Of a stretch of DNA of 64,000 nt, positions 19,975-28,385 are shown piece after piece; the stretch's first letter is position 1; the number at the start of each line of letters is the position of its first letter. The position numbers and the translations under genes were made by a program. The notes under the pieces are model-generated. The model was not told the origin of the DNA. It searched no databases and was given only the letters and a program-made list of their open reading frames with translations. This DNA comes from Terriglobia bacterium (GTDB lineage Bacteria > Acidobacteriota > Terriglobia > Versatilivoradales > Versatilivoraceae): NCBI GenBank assembly GCA_965215235.1, contig OZ244053.1, forward strand, positions 1,953,649 through 2,017,648, written 5' to 3'.

Positions 19975-21894
19975 TCAATCGATCACCTTGAGCGTCAGGC
20001 TGCGCCGGCCCCGGATCACAAAGGATGTAGAAGGTAACTCATATTCGAACAGGTTCGAGGAACGCATCAACGTCAGGCTGCTACTTGAGCTTCTGGCCGA
20101 GGTCAGCACCTTACGAAACGACGGGGGAAGACTCGAAAATTCCTCTCCGTGAAGCACCACAGACGGTTCCGGTCGTTGCAAGCGGACGTAGACTCGATCA
20201 TTCTTGCGAAGGTTGTTGATGGCTCGGATCAACTGGTCGAGGTCACGGGGAACAAAAGTCCGCCGCAGCAAGTGATTCTCAAAGGAGGTCAAGGTCGAAC
20301 CGTCGGCGACCGTGACCAGCAACCTCCCACCAGAAATATCCTCGGGTACCCGGAGCGGAATTTTCTCCACGAATTCCTGGCCGTTGGGGGTCCGCAGCAC
20401 GGCCGACAGGATCAGGGTCTCACCGGGTCTGACGGCTTCCCGATCGGGCCAGACTCGATCCAGCCGGCTGGTTCTCTTTTCATCGATAGAGGTAATGTCG
20501 ACCGTGATCTCCTGGATGTCGACGCCGTCGAAACCGCTACCCAAGATGTAGCTGAGAGGCCGTACCACTGCCAGAGATGCAAACATCTGGGAGTTGGCCT
20601 CTCCGGAAAAGAGATTTTCGATTCTGACGTCCGGCCGATCCTTGATACTGATCCTGCCCTGAACCTGAAGGGTAGATTCTCCCAAGGCCCGCTCCTGGGA
20701 AATAATGGTGCTGAAAATAGTGAAATTGGTCAGAAAGGGGGTCAGGAGGCGATCGTTGACCAGCTCGAATCTGAACGTCCGAGAGGTATTCCGACTCGAA
20801 TTGAGGTTGATGACGAGCGGTATCAGCTTGGGCGCCACGCCAATGGTTCCATACAAGCCCCGCGACCGGTCTTGAGTGATCGACCCCACCAAGTCGGTGG
20901 GCACAGCGATCTTGAAGGAACTGTTGAGGTTGGGTAACAGCGATACCACTTCAGCCTTGGAGAGAGGAAGATCGACGGGTCCCAACGAAAACCAGGGATG
21001 TCCAAAGGCATAGATCTTGTCTCCCTCGCGATGGGTCACCGTGCCGGAAGCGCTGGCCCCAAATCCCAGATCGCCTCGCATCAATTGGACGGCTATCGAC
21101 GATCCCGGGACAATATCGGATCCGTCAACCAGTTCGGCGCCCGCCGCTCCTGAACCCACTCCTCCACCTTGCAATACCGTCATCCCGTAAGGCTTCAGCG
21201 CAGTTCCCAGGAAGTCGGCGGCCTCGGCCGTTACCCCCGACAGGATCAGCGGCGTGTCGAGGTAGCGGAATAACCGGCCACTCAGAGGCTTCAGGGATGC
21301 AACTCCCGCAGCCATCGATTCCGAGACGGTAAAGACAGGAGAAGCCCTGGAATTCCAACCGGGAAGGTCCATGGGACCGCCAACTCCAAGCGTTCGGTAA
21401 GGGGCTACCGAGGAAACCTCAACCACGATGGGGTCGCCTCGCACCGGCTCATCCGACTGCTCGAAGATGCTGACCAGTTGCTCGATGGGTGTGACTCCCG
21501 CGATAGCTTCTTTGGAGAAGGGAAAGGAAAAAGACACGGCCCCGATCATCTGGCCGTCCACGTAAATGGGGCTTCCGCTCATACCGCCCATCACGCCGGT
21601 TTTTTCCAGAGGTCCCCCGGAAAGCCGCGCCAGAATGACGTCCTGCCGAGGAGCGATGTTCTTCAAGACTCCCAGGACTTCGGCTTCGAACTCTTCAACC
21701 TCCCCGCCTCGAAAGACGGTTTTGCCAATCCCTTTCATGCCCGGCCTCACCTGATCCAGCGGCAAGAAGTTGCGCGCATCCTCGGCAACCTCTCCCTGCA
21801 ATGAGACGACGAACAGCGCCATCAGAATCACGCCCGAAAGGCCTTTCCAAAACCACGGCTGGGGGACGACCGATTTGAAGTCAATCATCTTCAT
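19975..21894 (-). CDS. SpoIVB-type peptidase S55 family protein (secreted)
   Basis: A signal peptide followed by KGIGKTVFRGGEVEEFEAEVLGVLKNI, which matches the N-terminal motif of S55 (SpoIVB) peptidases known from non-sporulating Acidobacteria and others. A 639-aa clean ORF. Confidence 0.65.
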   Translation of the reverse strand: MKMIDFKSVVPQPWFWKGLSGVILMALFVVSLQGEVAEDARNFLPLDQVRPGMKGIGKTVFRGGEVEEFEAEVLGVLKNIAPRQDVILARLSGGPLEKTGVMGGMSGSPIYVDGQMIGAVSFSFPFSKEAIAGVTPIEQLVSIFEQSDEPVRGDPIVVEVSSVAPYRTLGVGGPMDLPGWNSRASPVFTVSESMAAGVASLKPLSGRLFRYLDTPLILSGVTAEAADFLGTALKPYGMTVLQGGGVGSGAAGAELVDGSDIVPGSSIAVQLMRGDLGFGASASGTVTHREGDKIYAFGHPWFSLGPVDLPLSKAEVVSLLPNLNSSFKIAVPTDLVGSITQDRSRGLYGTIGVAPKLIPLVINLNSSRNTSRTFRFELVNDRLLTPFLTNFTIFSTIISQERALGESTLQVQGRISIKDRPDVRIENLFSGEANSQMFASLAVVRPLSYILGSGFDGVDIQEITVDITSIDEKRTSRLDRVWPDREAVRPGETLILSAVLRTPNGQEFVEKIPLRVPEDISGGRLLVTVADGSTLTSFENHLLRRTFVPRDLDQLIRAINNLRKNDRVYVRLQRPEPSVVLHGEEFSSLPPSFRKVLTSARSSSSSLTLMRSSNLFEYELPSTSFVIRGRRSLTLKVID

Positions 21895-22216
21895 GCTTTT
21901 CCCGGAAACCCTGCATCCCTGCCACCGGAGCCCGATTGGATGGGCCGGCCGGTTGATTCATTGCCAACTTCAACCCAAGTTTGAAATTATAGCAGAATCG
22001 CTCCGCGGCCGAGGTGACAACCGGAGGCTGCGTGTCTGACTCCGTGCAGGGTTTCTTTGGACAAGTCCCGGCCATTGGGTCAGTGATAGAATGTCGCGAG
22101 TTCTGGCCTTGCGCGCCGGTCGGGAGCTTCGGGCAGCCGTTCACCTCCGATCTCGACCAGCTCAGTCCTGGCCATGGCCCGAAGCTGCGATGCCAGAGCA
22201 CTTCCAATCAGGTTCC

Positions 22217-22813
22217 ATGACAACCACTATTCCAATGACGGGCTTTGCCTTGGCGGGAGGCAAAAGCACCCGAATGGGCCAGGATAAAGGACTTATCGAG
22301 ATTGGGGGACAGCCGCTGATTCAATTGGCGGTGAACCTTCTGAAGGGTTTGACCGATCAAGTCTTTATCCTCGGACCCTCCGAGCGATATGGATTCCTGG
22401 GCGTGCCCGTGTTGCCGGACAAAGTCTCCTCTCAAGGTCCCCTCAGCGCCATTTACACGGCGCTGGACAGTTCCAGGACGGCCCTCAATCTTTTTCTGGC
22501 TTGTGACATGCCCTTGATGCAACTTCGCTTTCTGAAGCTTCTGGTGGAGCGAGCCCGCCAGGTCGATGCGGTCCTGATGCGCTTCGAGGACGGCAGCCTG
22601 GAGCCCTTGTGCGCCATCTATGGTCGCTCCTGCCTTGCAGCAGTCCGAGCCAATTTTGAAAAGCAGCGGTTCAAGCTCTCCGACCTGCTGGCCGAACTAA
22701 CGGTGGCCTACATTACGGAGACGGATCTCCGTCATCTGGGACTGGACAGAAGGATCTTCACCAACCTGAACACTCCGACGGACTTGAAACAACTGGAGCT
22801 GGCTTCTCGCTAA
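22217..22813 (+). CDS. mobA: Molybdenum cofactor guanylyltransferase MobA
   Basis: MTTTIPMTGFALAGGKSTRMGQDKGLIEIGGQPLIQ...LACDMPLM... MobA NTP-transferase motifs. ATG at 22217. Confidence 0.8.
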   Translation: MTTTIPMTGFALAGGKSTRMGQDKGLIEIGGQPLIQLAVNLLKGLTDQVFILGPSERYGFLGVPVLPDKVSSQGPLSAIYTALDSSRTALNLFLACDMPLMQLRFLKLLVERARQVDAVLMRFEDGSLEPLCAIYGRSCLAAVRANFEKQRFKLSDLLAELTVAYITETDLRHLGLDRRIFTNLNTPTDLKQLELASR

Positions 22814-22904
22814 CGCCTCGGGAGCGCGGGCATCCTGCCTGAATTTTTCCTGGAAGTCTCCGTGAAATTCCCGGGAACGCAGGGGGCTCTCCCGCCTGTC
22901 GAGA

Positions 22905-23340
22905 GCAGCCTGAAAAAAAAGAAAGAGAAGTTCCCATTGCCGAGTACGAGGTTAAAGCCTCCATCCGGACCTCGAATCTCTGGCTCAAGAAGAACAGAGG
23001 CTCCGCTGGCTCCGCGAGATCGTCGTCCGGCTGCCCGAGGTCTATCGCCAAGTCCTGGAACTGCGCTACGGCCGGGACCTTTCTCCCGACAAGACCGCCG
23101 CACAACTCCACATCTCCCGCACGAACGTCAACACCCGCCTGAACCGCGCCGCCGCCCTGGTGAGGCGACGTCTGGAAGCCCACCTTCAACGAAAACACTT
23201 CGTCCCCAAGGCAAAGGGAAGCCTCTCATAGAGCAGGCTGAGGACGGGTCCCGCAGCGGACCGGGAGCAGCCTGAAAAAAAGTTGTGACCGCGAGCCGTT
23301 TCAAGACTCTATATAGGTAGAGGGTGATGCATTCCTCATC
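22905..23340. repeat. Direct repeat copy 1 (~93% identical to 24575-25010): 3' third of the ECF sigma gene, its downstream spacer and the leader of the next gene
   Basis: Base-by-base alignment: aaagagaagttcccattgccgagtac...ctatataggtagagggtgatgcattcctcatcgcaaccgtag versus the same string at 24575-25010. The left junction gagcagcctgaaaaaaaa|gaaagagaag re-uses a cctgAAAAAAA motif that also follows each copy. Confidence 0.7.
22956..23232 (+). pseudogene. Orphan 3' fragment of an ECF sigma factor gene (region 4 only, no start codon)
   Basis: In-frame translation SLAQEEQRLRWLREIVVRLPEVYRQVLELRYGRDLSPDKTAAQLHISRTNVNTRLNRAAALVRRRLEAHLQ is a sigma-70 region 4. A TAA at 22953-22955 precedes it and there is no region 2. 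Confidence 0.6.
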
Positions 23341-23504
23341 GCAACCGTAGCGTGTCTGGCTGTGTGGACCAGGAATACGTTTTCCAGCAGGGTTCTCTTG
23401 GGAGAAATTTGGGAGTATCATCACAACGATGGCAGGGAAAAATACGGACCACCTCAAAAGCTGAAAGTTCGGTAGTTCCCGCTCAGTGAAAGGGGCAAGG
23501 GATC

Positions 23505-24137
23505 ATGAGAATAAGACCAACTTTTCCATGGATTTGTCTTGGGCTTGGCTTGGCGGCATTCGGCGCCGCCTATGAGGTATTGGGACAAGAACCGAATCGA
23601 GATGCCCAGGCTGAAGAAGCCCTGAAGGGTCTCATTCACCAGTTGCCCCATGCCGGACATCCAGACGATTTCCTTTTCCAGCTTTTGGGTAAAATGCGTT
23701 ATGCAAGTGGAAAGGGCGCTTCTGTTTGCATGTTCGTCCGCAAACAATCCTACCTGGAAATGACAAGCCTGCTCGACCGTCAAGGCGTCGTTACGGAACG
23801 TGGGTGGGGCGACATATCGTTCGAGGCCAAGCCGGGGTGGAAAGTCAGCCAGGCCAGAGTATCGGGAACCATGTCCCGAATAGACTCCCGGACCATGGGG
23901 ACGAATGAGGGTAAAGCCACTACGGCGCTCATCAAGGACAGGTTTTCAGAAGGCCAAAAAGCCTATCCGCACGCATACAACGGACTCGTAGGCGCCGGCA
24001 AGATAGAAGTCGATTGCCAGGCGATGTCTCCGGAGATGGTCAAGAAGCATGGTCCTGCTCCGCGTACGTACCGATGGTACTGGTCGTTGTTCCGGCGCAC
24101 GGATCCCAACAGCCCAAACCCCTCCGCGAAGCAATAG
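23505..24137 (+). CDS. Hypothetical secreted protein (cargo 1 downstream of the sigma fragment)
   Basis: Signal peptide MRIRPTFPWICLGLGLAAFGAAYEVLGQEP, homologous to the N-terminus of the ankyrin protein at 25023. The rest has no recognisable family. Confidence 0.5.
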   Translation: MRIRPTFPWICLGLGLAAFGAAYEVLGQEPNRDAQAEEALKGLIHQLPHAGHPDDFLFQLLGKMRYASGKGASVCMFVRKQSYLEMTSLLDRQGVVTERGWGDISFEAKPGWKVSQARVSGTMSRIDSRTMGTNEGKATTALIKDRFSEGQKAYPHAYNGLVGAGKIEVDCQAMSPEMVKKHGPAPRTYRWYWSLFRRTDPNSPNPSAKQ

Positions 24138-24255
24138 CGCCAGGATTTGAACGGGTTTCAAGCCGTTTGGCTTCAGGGGCGCGAAGGCGGTTGAAGTCGG
24201 CAAAGGTGACAGACTGATAGGGTGATCGCAAATCCATGGAGGTCCCGGGATCAAA

Positions 24256-24887
24256 ATGTGTCCTCGAAAATCACGCAAATCGTCTGAATGTTTTCCCATC
24301 CTCCGTGACTCCGGGCTCGAACGAGCCGCCGTACCCTGTCCCCTCCTGGAAGGGAAAGAGGAAGCCTGGGTCGCCTGTTGCTCCAAGCGCTTCTTCCCTC
24401 TGGCCCGGCGCATCGCCGGGGAGGACGACCTGGCCCAAGAAGTCCTTCAGGAAAGTTGGGCCAAGATCCTGAAGGCCATCCATGCCTATCGCGGCGGTTC
24501 CCCCGCCTGCGCCTGGGTGCACGCCATTGTCTCCCACAGCGCCATAAAAGCCGGCAAAGCGCGCTCCAAAGCCAGAGAAAGAGAAGTTCCCATTGCCGAG
24601 TACAAGGTCAAAGCCCTCCATCCGGCCCCGAATCTCTGGCTCAAGAAGAACAGAGGCTCCGCTGGCTCCGCGAAATCGTCGTCCGGCTGCCCGAGATCTA
24701 CCGCCAAGTCCTGGAACTGCGCTACGGCCGGGACCTTTCTCCCGACGAGACCGCCGAACAACTTCACATCTCCCGCACGAACGTCAACACCCGCCTGCAC
24801 CGCGCCGCCACCCTGGTGAGGCGCCATCTGGAAGCCCGCCTTCAACGAAAACACTTCGTCCCAAAGACAAAGGGAAGCCTCCCATAG
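24256..24887 (+). CDS. ECF (sigma-70 family) RNA polymerase sigma factor; region 2 and region 4 are in different frames, needing a -1 shift near 24612-24630
   Basis: Frame 1 carries region 2 (...DDLAQEVLQESWAKILKAIHAYRGG...). Frame 0 carries region 4 (ESLAQEEQRLRWLREIVVRLPEIYRQVLELRYGRDLSPDETAEQLHISRTNVNTRLHRAATLVRR). The join lies in aaagCCCtccatccgGCCCCgaat. Confidence 0.7.
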
Positions 24888-25010
24888 AGCAGGCTGAGGA
24901 CGGCTCTCGCAGTGAATCGGGAGTCTCCCGAAAAAAAGTTGTGACCGAGAGCCGTTTCGAGAGTCTATATAGGTAGAGGGCGATGAATTCCTCATCGCAA
25001 TCGTGAAGAA
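24575..25010. repeat. Direct repeat copy 2 (partner of 22905-23340)
   Basis: See copy 1. Copy 2 is embedded in the full-length sigma gene and lacks ~150 bp that copy 1 has before its downstream gene. Confidence 0.7.
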
Positions 25011-25022
25011 AGGAGAAAGACG

Positions 25023-25388
25023 ATGAAAAGGAATCTGGGTTTTCCACTTTTCTGCCTGGTGTTCGGGCTGGTGGTGTTTGGTGTGTCCTATACACTGCTG
25101 GGCCAAGGTCCGGGTAGTGGACCCGGAGACTTGACCGGCAATGAGGAAGTGGGGCCGGTGGCTGTTGTGAGTGAATTGTTTGAAGTGATTGAGGGTGGGG
25201 ACGTTGCAGCTTTGGAAGACTTGTTGCGGAGTGGTGCTGATCCGAATGAGGCAAATGATTACGGGCATACTGCCTTGCATTGGGCTATTGCGACGGATTC
25301 TCCTGTCGTCTACGGTCAGGTTAGCGCACTTCTAAATGCTGGGGCGAATCCAAACTTGGCAGACAAAAAGGGACTGACACCCCTGTAA
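25023..25388 (+). CDS. Secreted ankyrin-repeat protein, apparently truncated after ~1.5 repeats (cargo 2)
   Basis: Signal peptide MKRNLGFPLFCLVFGLVVFGVSYTLLGQGP, then DYGHTALHWAIATDSPVVYGQVSALLNAGANPNLADKKGLTPL followed by a stop. A complete ANK protein would continue. GC content falls right after this point. Confidence 0.55.
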   Translation: MKRNLGFPLFCLVFGLVVFGVSYTLLGQGPGSGPGDLTGNEEVGPVAVVSELFEVIEGGDVAALEDLLRSGADPNEANDYGHTALHWAIATDSPVVYGQVSALLNAGANPNLADKKGLTPL

Positions 25389-25399
25389 TTGATGTAACC

Positions 25400-25804
25400 A
25401 TGAAAAAGAAGCGGAAAAACCCGTGGCTTGAACCGTGGATTGAATGGAAACCCAGATGGTGCCCCATATTGTACGTGGCAGGCATCTTGTTCGGTTTATT
25501 CTTCATTGTCGCCAAGAGATCCCCCTTTGAGGTGCTTTTTCCGCGTCTTTGGAAGAATCTGCTGATTGCTATTGCTGATGCTCATGCTGATGATCACTGG
25601 CTGGTTCTCTGGGTGGACTATTGGGGTTCCCAGTGGTACCACATTCCGTTGCTTGCTTCGGTGATTGGGACCTTGGGCAGGTGGCTGTTTAAATGGCGCC
25701 ACGCTGATGATTGGCGGCTGTGTGTGGGTGAGGTGCTGATGTATTCTGTCGGTCTCTTCGCTGTCACATATTTGGTTCAAGTGTTGGTCAAGTGGCTTTA
25801 TTAA
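25400..25804 (+). CDS. Hypothetical small membrane protein (3 predicted TM helices) in a ~50% GC insert
   Basis: MKKKRKNPWLEPWIEWKPRWCPILYVAGILFGLFFIVAK... with hydrophobic helices. Starts 12 nt after the ankyrin stop. Lower GC than the flanks. Confidence 0.4.
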   Translation: MKKKRKNPWLEPWIEWKPRWCPILYVAGILFGLFFIVAKRSPFEVLFPRLWKNLLIAIADAHADDHWLVLWVDYWGSQWYHIPLLASVIGTLGRWLFKWRHADDWRLCVGEVLMYSVGLFAVTYLVQVLVKWLY

Positions 25805-25985
25805 GGCGTACAGTAACGGTATTCCCCTGACAGCGCCCTTCCCATGCCTTCCCCTTCTATCTCTCACTTTGGAGTCGGACCTGAGTTCGGGGGAAGGTCA
25901 GACTTTCCATGATATGAGTCCGTCAAAGAAGGGCCCCCCCAGGAAAAGAGGCGAAGCGGCAACGTCAAAGCCCCGGTTTCCGCCC

Positions 25986-27626
25986 TCATTCGAGCCTTTG
26001 AGTCACCCTTAGAATGCGCCGGGATTGGAACTCGCTCGTCTTTCCAACCTCGGTTCGAGTGAAAAAAGCCGCCGGCTCGAACTCGGGAGAAGTGATGAAG
26101 AAGGCTTCAACGCCTGGCGGATAACTCATGTCACCTTCCGAGTAAACGATTCGGGCTTCGCTGTTCAAGTAGAAACCCAAGCCATAGGCCACGTTGCGTG
26201 AGATTCCATAAACGAACAGCGGCTGACCGACAAACCCTTCCTGCTGAAGAAAGGCTGCCAACCGACGGGACGACTGAGAGGAGTCCACCTGTGGAAAAAC
26301 GTCGCGGGTCACCAGGACAATCGAAAGCCCGACGGCCAACAAGTAGCAAGCCACCGACCACCGCCGCTGGTTGCGCCAGTAGAACAGCAAGGCCGCCACA
26401 CCCGCGCCCACAAAGAGCCCCGTGGCTTGCGGGAGGAAGGATGGCGTTGGCAGGTTCAGTTGATCGGCTGCGACAGGCAGAGCGAGGCCCAGCAGCAACA
26501 CGCTCAGAGCCTGATAGAAGAAGATATCTTCGAACCAGCGTCGCCTGTCCTCCTCTTGCTCTCGCTTGAGCCAGAGTTGAACCTGGCGGGCGATGAGCAA
26601 GGCTATGGCCGGGGCCGCCGGCAACAAGTAACCGGGCAACTTCGACCGGGAGAGAGAAAAAAAGACCAGCGGCGTCAGGAACCACAGCCAGAGATAGAGG
26701 TCTTGAGCGAAGGCTCTGGAGCGCCACCGGTCCCTGGCTCGAAACAGTGCTCGGCCAGCCGGAAGCAGTTGCAAGCTCCAAGGATAGAAGCCAATCAAGG
26801 CCACTGCCGGAAAAAACCACAAAGGTTGGGCATGTTCATAGCGATCGGTGAAGAACCTTTCAAGGTTGTGCCCCAATAGGAATTCCTCAACGAACAACCA
26901 GCCATTGACCCGGTAGCACAGCCCGTACCAGGGCAAAACGACCAGCAGCAGCGCCAGCACGCCGGTAAAGGGCCTGAGCTTGGACAGGAGATGGAGTCGC
27001 CCCGTGAGTCCCAGAAAGATAGCCAGACTGGCGATTGGCAGGATCACACCGACCGGCCCTTTAGCCAGCGTTGCCACTCCCAGGAAAGCATAGAAGGCCA
27101 TCAGCAGCCCCAGGCTGGGCCGACGAGCGGCTGAATCCCCCCAGAGCCCGCCTTTACCAAATAAAACAAAGAATAAACTGGTCCATGCCACTGTCAGAGC
27201 ACCGGAAAGCAGCATATCCGTGGAAGCGGCCCTCGCCAGCGGAAAATAGAGCAGTGAAGCAGACAGGATGAGGCAGGCCAGCAACCCCTCCCGGGGCTCA
27301 CCCCGCTGCTTGCCGAGAAAATAGACACAAAACACTCCCAGGACAGCAGCTACAGCCGAAGGCAGTCGAGCGGCAAACTCGTTGATCCCAAAAAGAAGAT
27401 AGGCCACCGCGGTCAGCCAGTAATAAAGGATTGGCTTCTCCAGCCACGGCTCTCCGAAGTAGCGAGGCGTCACGTAGTCGCCCGAGACCAACATCTCTCT
27501 TGCTATTTGGGCATAGCGAGGCTCATCCGGTCCCACCAATCCCAGATCGCCCAGAGCGAAGAAGAACTGAAGCCAGACAAACGGAAGAATCAGAAGCAGA
27601 TGACTGGGTTGGATTGGCCTGGGCAC
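25986..27626 (-). CDS. ArnT/PMT-family (GT83/GT39-like) membrane glycosyltransferase
   Basis: ...LGLVGPDEPRYAQIAREMLVSGDYVTPRYFGEPWLEKPILYYWLTAV... carries the DE-x-RYA motif and ~12 TM helices. The start is uncertain (GTG about 27626). The ORF-track extension to 27746 overlaps the upstream small ORF. Confidence 0.8.
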   Translation of the reverse strand: MPRPIQPSHLLLILPFVWLQFFFALGDLGLVGPDEPRYAQIAREMLVSGDYVTPRYFGEPWLEKPILYYWLTAVAYLLFGINEFAARLPSAVAAVLGVFCVYFLGKQRGEPREGLLACLILSASLLYFPLARAASTDMLLSGALTVAWTSLFFVLFGKGGLWGDSAARRPSLGLLMAFYAFLGVATLAKGPVGVILPIASLAIFLGLTGRLHLLSKLRPFTGVLALLLVVLPWYGLCYRVNGWLFVEEFLLGHNLERFFTDRYEHAQPLWFFPAVALIGFYPWSLQLLPAGRALFRARDRWRSRAFAQDLYLWLWFLTPLVFFSLSRSKLPGYLLPAAPAIALLIARQVQLWLKREQEEDRRRWFEDIFFYQALSVLLLGLALPVAADQLNLPTPSFLPQATGLFVGAGVAALLFYWRNQRRWSVACYLLAVGLSIVLVTRDVFPQVDSSQSSRRLAAFLQQEGFVGQPLFVYGISRNVAYGLGFYLNSEARIVYSEGDMSYPPGVEAFFITSPEFEPAAFFTRTEVGKTSEFQSRRILRVTQRLE

Positions 27627-27663
27627 GGTGATTCGGGAAGGACGATGCTGGCTGGACGTTCGG

Positions 27664-27852
27664 TTAGTAATAGTCCGAACAAGACATGTAGTACCCGCAC
27701 TTGGGACAGCGGAGCTTGCAGTGGTCGGGCTGCAACTCGAGACCACATTGAGGGCAGAACAGGCAAAGGGCCTTTTTCTCGGTCCGAGAGGCTTGAATAC
27801 GTTCCCCGGACGGTCTGGCCTTGTGAGGGTTTGTGGAAGAGAAGGAATTCAA
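27664..27852 (-). CDS. Possible small zinc-ribbon protein
   Basis: A 62-aa ORF with CPQCG-x13-CPKCG (two CxxC pairs) between trxA and the arnT-like gene. TTG start and no clear SD. Confidence 0.3.
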   Translation of the reverse strand: MNSFSSTNPHKARPSGERIQASRTEKKALCLFCPQCGLELQPDHCKLRCPKCGYYMSCSDYY

Positions 27853-27934
27853 AGAAGTGACTGCCGACGGCAGGGGGGCTATGACTGGTGTCCCGCTCCT
27901 GCCTTTACCGGCTTCTGTCCGTTTACACTTGAAC

Positions 27935-28264
27935 TTACTGAACGTGCGGATCGATCATTTTTTGAAATTCCTGCTTTGGCACGGCGCCCAGCAGATTGCC
28001 GACCACCTCGCCGTCCTTGAGAAGCAAGATCGTAGGGATGCTACGAATGCCGTACCTGGAGGCGACCATCGGGTTGTTGTCGGTATTGAGCTTACCCACC
28101 TTCACCTTCCCGGCGTAGACGCCGGCCAACTCCTCGATGATAGGACCCACCATGCGACAGGGCCCGCACCAGGGAGCCCAGAAATCCACCAGAACCGGCC
28201 TGTCGGCTCTCAATGCCTCCGCGTCGAAATTCGTATCCGTAAATTCCACTATGTTTCCGTTCAT
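27935..28264 (-). CDS. trxA: Thioredoxin
   Basis: VLVDFWAPWCGPCRMVGPIIEELA has the WCGPC active site. 109 aa. Confidence 0.9.
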   Translation of the reverse strand: MNGNIVEFTDTNFDAEALRADRPVLVDFWAPWCGPCRMVGPIIEELAGVYAGKVKVGKLNTDNNPMVASRYGIRSIPTILLLKDGEVVGNLLGAVPKQEFQKMIDPHVQ

Positions 28265-28385
28265 TGTTCTCGTTGCTCCTCCCTGAAATCACTTGATCAA
28301 AGCACCTTAGTCTTGCCCCTTGCCCCCACACTTGTCAAGATTTTAATGGTGCCGGCAGCCCTACCTGCCTCCTCCCACTTTCAGG

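Noticed and set aside
22873-24945. Three copies of a hairpin followed by cctgAAAAAAA (at ~22873-22912, ~23240-23280, ~24908-24945) considered as Rho-independent terminators
   Set aside because: On the + strand the hairpin is followed by an A-tract, not a T-tract. On the minus strand the T-tract precedes the hairpin. So it is not a canonical terminator in either orientation. Interpreted instead as the recombination motif at the duplication junction.
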